This document shows, piece by piece, positions 10,180-17,952 of a stretch of DNA of 64,000 bases. The translations under genes and the position numbers were made by a program. The notes under the pieces were generated by a model. It worked only from the letters and a program-made list of their open reading frames with translations. It had not been told where the DNA came from and made no database searches. The DNA is taken from NCBI GenBank assembly GCA_964393525.1, contig CAYMTV010000002.1, forward strand, positions 23,001 to 87,000, given 5' to 3'. This DNA is from an uncultured Gammaproteobacteria bacterium (GTDB lineage: Bacteria; Patescibacteriota; Microgenomatia; Daviesbacterales; UBA10151). Each line of letters begins with the position of its first letter. Within the stretch, counting starts at the first letter, position 1.

Positions 10180-10794
10180 TTAATACGCCTTAACCTTAAG
10201 TATTGCTGATATTACAACCTGTCCGTATCTTTTTAAATCCTTGAGTTTACTATCAAAAATCTCTCCATCCTCCCAAATTTTGATATTACTGACAATTTCT
10301 TCAAACTGGGGATCTATTAGAAGGCTTCCGCCTAAAGTTGCCTTAAGCGAACTGAACCCCTGAAATTTCTTAAGGTGTTGTTCACTTAAAAAATCGTTTA
10401 ATTTGGATAAACTTACTCCAGAATCCACCTCTATCAGTGCTTCTTCAATCCCTAAACCCCCTCTACCAATCTTCCCTTTAATACCGCTAATCTTAATGGC
10501 ACTGGTTCTGTTTCGTATAACCAAACCTTTCATTCCTTTTTCGGAAATGAGAATTTTGGTTCCATTTCCAAAAACAAACAGTGGAAGTTTTAACTCATAA
10601 CCTGTATTTAAAATATTTATCAATTCTTTTTGGGTTGTCGCAATATAAAATATTTCTGCAGGTCCCCCAAGTTTTGAAAAAGTATGATACTTCAAAAGTT
10701 CGTCAATTTTAATTCTTTCTATCCCAAAGATTTGGATTAAAATATTAATCTTACTTTGGTAATTTGTCTGACTTGGGGGTTTGAGTTTATCCAT
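10180..10794 (-). CDS. MurB-like FAD-binding domain protein (UDP-N-acetylenolpyruvoylglucosamine reductase homolog). It is truncated and lacks the C-terminal substrate-binding domain.
   Basis: FSKLGGPAEIFY ~ MurB TFRIGGPADYF; LPLFVFGNGTKILI ~ IGNGSNLLV; SLKATLGGSLL ~ GIPGTVGGAV. Only ~205 aa versus ~300 for MurB. I moved the start to the MDKLK methionine so it does not overlap murE. Confidence 0.55.
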   Translation of the reverse strand: MDKLKPPSQTNYQSKINILIQIFGIERIKIDELLKYHTFSKLGGPAEIFYIATTQKELINILNTGYELKLPLFVFGNGTKILISEKGMKGLVIRNRTSAIKISGIKGKIGRGGLGIEEALIEVDSGVSLSKLNDFLSEQHLKKFQGFSSLKATLGGSLLIDPQFEEIVSNIKIWEDGEIFDSKLKDLKRYGQVVISAILKVKAY

Positions 10795-10796
10795 AA

Positions 10797-12005
10797 CTAT
10801 TCCAAGGCAATTTTGACTGCCTCTAAATCCGACCAAGGGATCTCTTTTTTTCCATTCAAATTCATGCTTGTTTCGTGTCCTTTGCCAAAAATACCAACCG
10901 TATCTCCTCTATCGGCTAATTTATTGATTGCTAACTCTATCGCTTTTTGTCTGTCCAGCTCAATAAAATAGGTTTTACCAAAAGTTGCCCCAGCTCTTTC
11001 TAGACCTTGTGCAATCTGCTTGTTGATTTGATCAATCAGTCCCCTGGGGTCTTCGGCTGTAACAATGGTAACATCGGAAAGCTTACCCGAGATTTCTCCC
11101 ATCAGTGGTCTTTTTTGTTCATCCCGCAAACCGGCACAACCAAAAACTGAGATCAATTTACCTTTTGTTTTTCTTCTTAAAGCTTTTAGCGCACTTTCCA
11201 ATCCATTCGGTGTATGGGCAAAATCAATTACTATCTTTATTCCTATATTATTTTCAATCTCCTGCATCCTTCCGGCTAGGGATTTAAAGAGGGCAAGAGT
11301 TTGTTTAATTATTTTTGTTTCAATCTTCAAAGTCACTCCAACCGCAGAAGCTGCTAAGGCATTTAGCAAATTAAATTCTCCGGGCAGGGAAAGCTTAAGT
11401 GGAAATTTTATCGGATTAAACTCTGCTGATTTGGATAATCCAAAACTCAAAACTTTACCTCTGGTTTGTCCGGAGAGTCGCTCAAAGTGTTTTTCACTCC
11501 TATTTAATATGGCTGTTTTGACATTTTTGATCAATTTAGCCTTCGCCTTAAAGTAATTTTCAAAAGATTTGTGGTAATCAAGATGCTCGTGGGTAATATT
11601 GGTAATTACGCCAACCTCAAAGTGAATTCCCCAGAATCTATGCTGATCTAAGGCATGGGATGTAGCTTCCAAAACCATATACTTACTTTCCATATTTACT
11701 GCCTGCCCCAGAAACTTTTGTACATCCATCGGACTTGGAGAAGTAACATGGAAGCCGGTATCATAAACTTGATCACCAATAATGGCATTTATTGTTGAAA
11801 CCATGGAAACTTTTTTCCCTGCGGCTTTCAGGATTTGGTAAATCATATTGGTAGTTGTAGTTTTGCCGTCGGTCCCGGTAACCCCGATAACCTTAAGTTT
11901 TCTGGAAGGAAAACCATATCTTAAGTTTGCCAAAATTGCCACCGGCAAGTGCCAAAAAGTATTGATGAATTTTTGCGGCAACAATTTTCTAAGTAAGCTT
12001 ATCAT
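10797..12005 (-). CDS. murE: UDP-MurNAc-tripeptide synthetase MurE-like Mur ligase, lacking the usual N-terminal domain
   Basis: P-loop GVTGTDGKTTTT at residue ~40; MurE-type GKGHE (IFGKGHETSMN) and an EDPRG analogue of the DNPR motif; FAHTPNG. Confidence 0.7.
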   Translation of the reverse strand: MISLLRKLLPQKFINTFWHLPVAILANLRYGFPSRKLKVIGVTGTDGKTTTTNMIYQILKAAGKKVSMVSTINAIIGDQVYDTGFHVTSPSPMDVQKFLGQAVNMESKYMVLEATSHALDQHRFWGIHFEVGVITNITHEHLDYHKSFENYFKAKAKLIKNVKTAILNRSEKHFERLSGQTRGKVLSFGLSKSAEFNPIKFPLKLSLPGEFNLLNALAASAVGVTLKIETKIIKQTLALFKSLAGRMQEIENNIGIKIVIDFAHTPNGLESALKALRRKTKGKLISVFGCAGLRDEQKRPLMGEISGKLSDVTIVTAEDPRGLIDQINKQIAQGLERAGATFGKTYFIELDRQKAIELAINKLADRGDTVGIFGKGHETSMNLNGKKEIPWSDLEAVKIALE

Positions 12006-12047
12006 TGAAGGTAATTATATATTCAAATTCTAATCTTTACAAAAGTA

Positions 12048-12064
12048 CCCACACCGGGTGTGGG
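12048..12064 (-). terminator. Candidate intrinsic terminator or attenuator hairpin between ftsI and murE
   Basis: Near-perfect palindrome cccacaccgggtgtggg. On the minus strand it is followed by a T-rich tract (GTACTTTTGTAAAG). GC-rich stem in an AT-rich genome. Confidence 0.3.
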
Positions 12065-12089
12065 CAGAATGGACACATAGGGATTCATT

Positions 12090-12155
12090 CTGTTGGAGCA
12101 ATTCCGTAATGAGCAAAGCTCTTACTTCATTGCTCTGTTGGAGCAATTCCGTAAT
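12090..12155. repeat. 21-bp direct repeat (ctgttggagcaattccgtaat) present twice. One copy lies inside the ftsI 3' end (12135-12155) and one in the downstream untranslated region (12090-12110).
   Basis: Exact 21-mer seen twice, 45 bp apart. Confidence 0.8.
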
Positions 12156-13911
12156 AGATAAAAAGGTCTCTGGCGATTTCAAAAAAAGTCGGGGCTGCGG
12201 TTTCCGCACCATAAATGGATGAGGTTGGTTGGTCGTAGCGCACCAGCATAACAAATTTAGGATCATCGGCCGGTGCAAACCCGACAAATGAAGCAATGGT
12301 TTTGCTAGGATCATAATGTCCGGCAACCGGAATTTGAGCTGTACCGGTTTTTCCAGCGATTTTATAGCCCATTACATTATGTAGTTTTTTGGCAAATTTT
12401 GCCTCTCCATCATCAACTGCTTTCACCATCATTTCGGTTATTTCTTTTGCTGTTTCAGGATTGATAGGCGTAGAGATTATCCGGGGACTTATGGTATAGA
12501 TGCCTTTTTCGTCCATTATTTTGGAAACTATGTGCGGTTCCAAAAGTTTACCTCCATTGGCAATTGCCCCAACTGCCCTGATAACCTGCATCGCAGTTAC
12601 AGAAATACCCTGACCAAAGGATGCGGTTGCCTGATCGATTTCTTTCCATGTGTCTTTTTCCCTTAAAGGAGGCGAGGTCTCGTCTTCTAAGTCGATACCT
12701 GTTGTATTTCCAAAACCAAAATCTTTAATGTATTTATAGAACTTTTCAATACCAAGCTTTTTAGAAACAAATACCATTCCGGTATTATCTGAATGAACGA
12801 TTACATCGGTCATTATTAAATCAGGCCGGTACTGGTTATTCCAGGTTCGGATGGTAAACCCTCCAATATTAATGGGTCCCTGGCAAATATCACATTTTGT
12901 GTCTTTTTTAATGACCCCCTCATTAATTCCCGCAGCCATTACCAATACCTTAAAAGTTGACCCCGGTTCATACCCGTCTACGGTAATAGGATTTTTTAAG
13001 CTTTCTTCGGGATACTCTGAAGGTTTTTGGGGGTCATAACCAGGGTAGGAAGCCATCGCCAAAATATTGCCGGTTTTTGGTTCTAAAACAACCGCCGAGG
13101 CTCCTTTGGCTCCATATTTTTCTAACCCTTTTTTTATTTTTTCTTCAACGATATATTGAATACTCCTGTCTATATTTAGAATTAAGTTTTTTCCCGATGT
13201 TGGCTTTTTAGAAAGAAATTTACCGATTAAAATGGGCAGTCCCAAGGCATCTTTTTCCTGGATAACTTCGCCTTTTTTGCCCCCTAATTCACCGTTATAG
13301 TATCCTTCAATACCATGATAACCTTTATCATTGCCATATAAATCAGCAGCTACAAACCCCAAAAGATGCGCTGACGATGACCCTTCCGGATAAAGCCTGG
13401 ATGAACTTGCATCAAATCCGATTCCGGTTAAATTTAGATCTTCAATTTTTTTCTTAGTTTCAAGATCTACTTTTTTTACAAGACTTACCCAAGAAAGGTT
13501 TTTTAAAAGTTTGGTGTGAAGTGCCTCTTCCAGATCTTTGATCTGTTTTATTCTAATATCCGGCTCAATTTCTTTACCTTTGTTTTCTTCTTCCCAGAAA
13601 ATTATGGATAATTTTTGAGCATAATCTCTGACAAAAGTTTTAAAATCATCATCTGATATCTTTTTGTCCTTTTTTATAAGTAACGGCTGGGCAAAAACAA
13701 GATAAGAGGGTTTATTGGATGCTAAAACAGAATTGTCCGAAAATAAAATCTTACCCCGCAAGCCGCTCACCTCTTTGGTTGTCACCCTTTGCCCTTCTGC
13801 CCTGGCAGTTAATTCATCCGCCTTTATTATCTGCCAGAAAGCCAGGCGTACAATAATCAGGATCACCAAAAGAAAATAAATGCTCCTAATTATTTTTAAT
13901 CGGTTTTGCAT
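12127..13911 (-). CDS. ftsI: Penicillin-binding protein 2/3 (FtsI-type class B transpeptidase)
   Basis: N-terminal TM; active-site SXXK (STFK), SXN (SDN), KTG (KTGTA); PBP dimerisation region. Confidence 0.9.
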   Translation of the reverse strand: MQNRLKIIRSIYFLLVILIIVRLAFWQIIKADELTARAEGQRVTTKEVSGLRGKILFSDNSVLASNKPSYLVFAQPLLIKKDKKISDDDFKTFVRDYAQKLSIIFWEEENKGKEIEPDIRIKQIKDLEEALHTKLLKNLSWVSLVKKVDLETKKKIEDLNLTGIGFDASSSRLYPEGSSSAHLLGFVAADLYGNDKGYHGIEGYYNGELGGKKGEVIQEKDALGLPILIGKFLSKKPTSGKNLILNIDRSIQYIVEEKIKKGLEKYGAKGASAVVLEPKTGNILAMASYPGYDPQKPSEYPEESLKNPITVDGYEPGSTFKVLVMAAGINEGVIKKDTKCDICQGPINIGGFTIRTWNNQYRPDLIMTDVIVHSDNTGMVFVSKKLGIEKFYKYIKDFGFGNTTGIDLEDETSPPLREKDTWKEIDQATASFGQGISVTAMQVIRAVGAIANGGKLLEPHIVSKIMDEKGIYTISPRIISTPINPETAKEITEMMVKAVDDGEAKFAKKLHNVMGYKIAGKTGTAQIPVAGHYDPSKTIASFVGFAPADDPKFVMLVRYDQPTSSIYGAETAAPTFFEIARDLFIYYGIAPTEQ

Positions 13912-13981
13912 GTATTAAGTATAGGTACTTGGAAGCTTTGGTGACAAATGCATAAAGCAAAGACGAAGGATTAATCCAAGA

Positions 13982-14293
13982 TTAATGATTAAGAGCCAAT
14001 TCCAGCTCTTTTAAAAATTCTATCTTGCTTACTTTAACAAAACCTAATTTCTTCGCTTTATTTTCAATATTAATTAAAGAGGCTTCGTCGGAAATTTTAT
14101 TTTCCAATATCTGATTTTCCAGCTGTAAAGCCTGTTTAGCAATTTCGATCTTACTGATCTCTACTCCGTAAGTAGCAAGTCTGTTCAGTGACCAAATCTC
14201 CAAGATAGCAAGAGGTATAAGAATCAAAAGCATTAAAAAAAATGCTTTCCTTTTGGTAGTAAATGAGCTGTTTAATGATTTTAGAAGTTTCAT
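13982..14293 (-). CDS. ftsL: FtsL-like small bitopic division protein
   Basis: About 100 aa with a single TM (AFFLMLLILIPLAILEIW) followed by a coiled-coil-like segment. Lies between mraZ and ftsI. I chose an internal Met start to avoid overlapping mraZ. Confidence 0.5.
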   Translation of the reverse strand: MKLLKSLNSSFTTKRKAFFLMLLILIPLAILEIWSLNRLATYGVEISKIEIAKQALQLENQILENKISDEASLINIENKAKKLGFVKVSKIEFLKELELALNH

Positions 14294-14679
14294 ACGTTTC
14301 CAGAGATTATTTGCTTCCATTTTTTGGGATTCCACAATTCAAAGTGATCACCCGCACCGATAAAAAGAACTTCCTGAAAGATTTGAGCAAAGATTATCAG
14401 GGAAGGGTCAATAATAAATCTCCCCTGATAATCAAGCTCACATTTTTGGGCTGATCCAAACAACTGGCGGCGCAAAAACCTGCCTTTTTCTTCAATCATC
14501 GGTATCTCAAGCTGTTTTCTTGCCTCCGCCTCCCAATCCTTCAAAGAAAATCCCCAGATACAACCATCCAAACCTTTTGTTAAAATAATTTCACTGCCTG
14601 ATATCTCTTCCCTGAACTTTTTAGGTAAAATTATGCGATTTTTTCCGGAAAAACGCGTCCTGTAAGTGCCCAAAAACAT
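14290..14679 (-). CDS. mraZ: Transcriptional regulator MraZ
   Basis: Two MraZ-type repeats with the DxxGR pattern (FLGTYRTRFSGKNRIILP; LDYQGRFIIDP). First gene of the dcw operon. TGA stop. Confidence 0.85.
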   Translation of the reverse strand: MFLGTYRTRFSGKNRIILPKKFREEISGSEIILTKGLDGCIWGFSLKDWEAEARKQLEIPMIEEKGRFLRRQLFGSAQKCELDYQGRFIIDPSLIIFAQIFQEVLFIGAGDHFELWNPKKWKQIISGNV

Positions 14680-14887
14680 ATTTCTGGGCAGTATTTCAAT
14701 TCTTTTGGATTACAAGGAGGGCAATGACCAGTCCGCCAAAGGCGGATCATTCCGCTTTTAATCCTTACAATCTCAGGATGTCAGGCTGTTCCTAATCACC
14801 CTTTTTCACCATCTATAACCATTTTGCACCATAAAAGAAAGCCCTGTCAAGACGGAAGAAATGCGAACTCAAAAGATATTGAAGCGA

Positions 14888-15757
14888 TTAATTGGAGGCG
14901 CGTAAAACGGCGAAGATTCCGGCTCCGGAAGCCTGGACTTTGAGTAAATTACCGTCAATTTTTGTATTTAGCTCTTCCCACTTATTGTCTGCCTCCACAT
15001 ACCTGTAGATCTTAGCATCCACTCCAGGTTTATCAACAAGCTCAATCATCACATCACCTTTGGGAAATGTCTTTGTGATCGGCAGATTAAATGCATAGAC
15101 ATTTCCAACTACTTGCTTTCCTTCTGGTAGTTTTGGCGAACCGATCAAATCATGAACTAAGCTAAAGGCTACTGTAGCCAACTCTTCCCTCTCAGCTTTT
15201 GTTTCATATTTAAAATGATCCTCACTTGAGGTAATCTTACCTAAGGCTACGTCCGGTTTTTGCAGATGCCAGGTAGTCTTTACAACATAAGCTTTTTTGT
15301 CCTTTTTAAAGCGTAGTATTAAATTACCATTCTCTACCCCTTTGTCAAAGACACAATGCTCATTGCCCGTAGAAAACCCCTGGGAACAAGTCCCAAGTAA
15401 AATTTCCTGTTCATGATCACCTTTGCCTTTTTCCACCTTAACCCAGGTATTTAAGTCTCCCGCCCCACGCTCTATTCCTTCTTCATCCGAATAGGAAATT
15501 TGATAAGAAAAAGCTTCATATTCCGAAATCCGGAAAATATTTAAGTTTATGGCATTTCCGTCTCTTCGAGGAATCAACATGGCATAAGGCCCATCAGGAT
15601 TAAAGGTAAGTTCAATTTCTTCCAAAACTTCCGGACCCTTAGGGGAAAGGAATATTTTCCAGATACCAAACATAGCAGTACCTAAAATTAAGGTTAAAAT
15701 TACAACAAGGATTAAATTTGTGCGGTTTGCGAGGAATGCTTTGAGTTTTTCAATCAT
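14888..15757 (-). CDS. Hypothetical membrane-anchored extracytoplasmic protein
   Basis: N-terminal TM anchor followed by a ~250 aa soluble domain. No family motif recognised. Confidence 0.5.
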   Translation of the reverse strand: MIEKLKAFLANRTNLILVVILTLILGTAMFGIWKIFLSPKGPEVLEEIELTFNPDGPYAMLIPRRDGNAINLNIFRISEYEAFSYQISYSDEEGIERGAGDLNTWVKVEKGKGDHEQEILLGTCSQGFSTGNEHCVFDKGVENGNLILRFKKDKKAYVVKTTWHLQKPDVALGKITSSEDHFKYETKAEREELATVAFSLVHDLIGSPKLPEGKQVVGNVYAFNLPITKTFPKGDVMIELVDKPGVDAKIYRYVEADNKWEELNTKIDGNLLKVQASGAGIFAVLRASN

Positions 15758-15787
15758 GGACAGGTTCTAAAAATAATTGTACTGGTA

Positions 15788-17113
15788 TTAAGAGAGTTTT
15801 TCAAAGAGGTAATTTTTAAGCTGGTGGATCTTTACTCTTTCCTGCTTTGCACTGTCCCTATCCCTAACTGTTATTGCCTCATCGTTTAAAGTATCAAAAT
15901 CTATGGTTATACAAAAAGGTGTCCCAATCTCATCTTGTGAGGCATATCTTTTTCCGATATTCCCCCGGTCATCCCAGGCCACCATTAGATCTTTTTTTAA
16001 ATCTTCATAAATCCCCTTTGCTCTATCAATCAGTTCTTGTTTATTGGCAAGCAGAGGAAAGACGGCAGCCTTAAACGGAGCAAGCTTAGGAGGAAACTTC
16101 AAGAAGACCCTTCCCTCCTCTGTCTCTGTGTAAGAGTTAATCAAAACCACCAAAACCGACCTATCTACACCCCAGGTAGGTTCAATAACATGCGGCCAGA
16201 ACTCTTCATTTGTTTCAGGATCCCTATATTTGGTATTTTGTCCACTGAATTGTTCATGGTTTTTTAAGTCAAAGTCTGTTCTATATGCTAAACCATATAA
16301 CTCGCTTAACCCAAAGGGAAATTCATACTCAAAATCTATGGTTCTTTTTGAATAATGGGCTCTTTCTTCCTCAGGAATTTCATGTTCATGAATTTTTGCA
16401 AGGTCAATCCCCAGATCATCTGATATCCATTTTTCCATTTCTTCTCTCCACACTTCAAAATACTTATTCCACTGCTCATCAGATTTAGGAGGGTTAATAA
16501 AATATTCAATCTCCATTTGCTCAAACTCTCGGGTTCTGAAGATAAAGTTACCAGGAGTAATTTCATTTCTAAAAGCTTTTCCAATTTGGGCAATTCCAAA
16601 AGGGAGTTTAATCCGCGCAGTATCTACGACATTTTTAAAATCCACAAACATGGCTTGGGCAGTTTCCGGCCTGAAATAGGCAATATTAGCTTGCTCTTCT
16701 GCCGGACCGATAAAAGTTTTAAACATCAAGTTGAATTGTTTAGCTTCAGTCCAATTAGCTTTACCTTCATGAGTTTTTTCATGTTCCTTTATCTGCGACT
16801 CATGATCTGCCCGGAATCTTTCATGGCAGATTTTGCATTCAACTAAAGGATCAGAAAAGTTTGCAATATGACCAGAAGCTTCCCAGACTTTGGGATTCAT
16901 GATTAAGGATGCATCAATCCCCACAATATCTTCCCGCTGATGGACGAATTTTTTCCACCATGCTTGCTTGATATTATTTTTAAGTTCAACCCCAACCGGT
17001 CCGAAGTCCCAGGAGTTTGCCAGCCCACCGTATATCTCTGATCCAGGGAAAACGAACCCCCGGCGCTTACATAAAGCTACTATTTTATCCATTAAATCTT
17101 GATTATTATTCAT
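15788..17113 (-). CDS. glyQS: Glycyl-tRNA synthetase (alpha2 dimeric type)
   Basis: N-terminus MNNNQDLMDKIVALCKRRGFVFPGSEIYGGLANSWDFGPVGVELKNN is a typical class II GlyRS. About 440 aa. Confidence 0.93.
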   Translation of the reverse strand: MNNNQDLMDKIVALCKRRGFVFPGSEIYGGLANSWDFGPVGVELKNNIKQAWWKKFVHQREDIVGIDASLIMNPKVWEASGHIANFSDPLVECKICHERFRADHESQIKEHEKTHEGKANWTEAKQFNLMFKTFIGPAEEQANIAYFRPETAQAMFVDFKNVVDTARIKLPFGIAQIGKAFRNEITPGNFIFRTREFEQMEIEYFINPPKSDEQWNKYFEVWREEMEKWISDDLGIDLAKIHEHEIPEEERAHYSKRTIDFEYEFPFGLSELYGLAYRTDFDLKNHEQFSGQNTKYRDPETNEEFWPHVIEPTWGVDRSVLVVLINSYTETEEGRVFLKFPPKLAPFKAAVFPLLANKQELIDRAKGIYEDLKKDLMVAWDDRGNIGKRYASQDEIGTPFCITIDFDTLNDEAITVRDRDSAKQERVKIHQLKNYLFEKLS

Positions 17114-17122
17114 GATCTCTTA

Positions 17123-17271
17123 AAGCGAGCGAAGTCACAAATTACAAAGTATATTGATAATTTTGTCTGCAGTTGCTTGGTACAAAATTATCACTAAGCG
17201 AGACTAGAGATAAAAATTAAATGATTACTTCCTTAACTAGTCGAGTGGTACTTTGTAATGTGACAAGCGAG
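17123..17271. promoter_or_regulatory. Structured recO-glyQS intergenic leader. It has an 18-bp imperfect inverted repeat (17134-17151 / 17249-17264) and three AAGCGAG direct repeats.
   Basis: gtcacaaattacaaagta ... tactttgtaatgtgac. AAGCGAG at 17123, 17196 and 17265. Confidence 0.3.
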
Positions 17272-17272
17272 T

Positions 17273-17911
17273 CTATCTTGCCAATTCTTTTAACACCTTA
17301 ATACTTTTTAAGCTAGACTCAAGTACCTTCTCCAAATAATATCTCAAAATCCGCTCCAAAGCTATAGCTTGCTCTGCATTTATCTCAATCGTTTCTATTT
17401 CCTGCCAGCTGGAAAATTCCAACCTTCGAAGTAAAATTCTTAAATCTGCGTATAGCTGCCTAACCTCCTCAACGTTCCAAAAACCAAGTGTGGACAAAAT
17501 CTTTACTTCAAAAGCCCTGACAAAAATTTGCCTAGGGTTTTTTTCAAGTATCTGCAGTACTGCTACAACTAAATTATACAGCTGGATATTCTTCTGATTC
17601 TCTGGCACTAACCGGTCTACAAGCTCTATTATATGAAAAGATGTGGTAGATAAGGTTAGGTTTTCTTTAAGTTTAGAGAAAGTTTCAATACTTTCCGCTT
17701 CAGTTAAGTTATAGCTTTTGCCTTTGAAAAGATGCAGCTTAACCCGGTTCAAAAGCTCAATATTACCAGCTCTTCTTGAGGTAATCCTTCTTACCCCACG
17801 AGCAATAACGGAAATCTTGCCATATCTATCAGTGAGCACTGTTAATACTCTATCCGCTTCCCCAAAATTTGATCGCTTAAGAATCAACCCCTCGGTTGTT
17901 ACGGCCGGCAT
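17273..17911 (-). CDS. recO: DNA repair protein RecO
   Basis: N-terminal OB fold (TEGLILKRSNFGEADRVLTVLT...GKISVIARGVRR); ~210 aa. Confidence 0.65.
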   Translation of the reverse strand: MPAVTTEGLILKRSNFGEADRVLTVLTDRYGKISVIARGVRRITSRRAGNIELLNRVKLHLFKGKSYNLTEAESIETFSKLKENLTLSTTSFHIIELVDRLVPENQKNIQLYNLVVAVLQILEKNPRQIFVRAFEVKILSTLGFWNVEEVRQLYADLRILLRRLEFSSWQEIETIEINAEQAIALERILRYYLEKVLESSLKSIKVLKELAR

Positions 17912-17952
17912 TGCAAGAAAAGTCTAAATCTAAAATATGATTAATACAAGAT

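Noticed and set aside
12030-12326. 98-aa minus-strand ORF overlapping the 3' end of ftsI
   Set aside because: It is an out-of-frame overlap with ftsI. It is Cys/His/Leu-rich low-complexity sequence with no TM and no motif. It spans the terminator-like hairpin, so it is probably not coding.
14680-14887. Relatively GC-rich spacer upstream of mraZ with a ccgccaaaggcgg hairpin, considered as a tRNA/ncRNA or terminator
   Set aside because: I could fold no cloverleaf, and the hairpin is not followed by a convincing T-tract on either strand. It is more likely the mraZ promoter/leader. I could not identify MraZ-box repeats with confidence.
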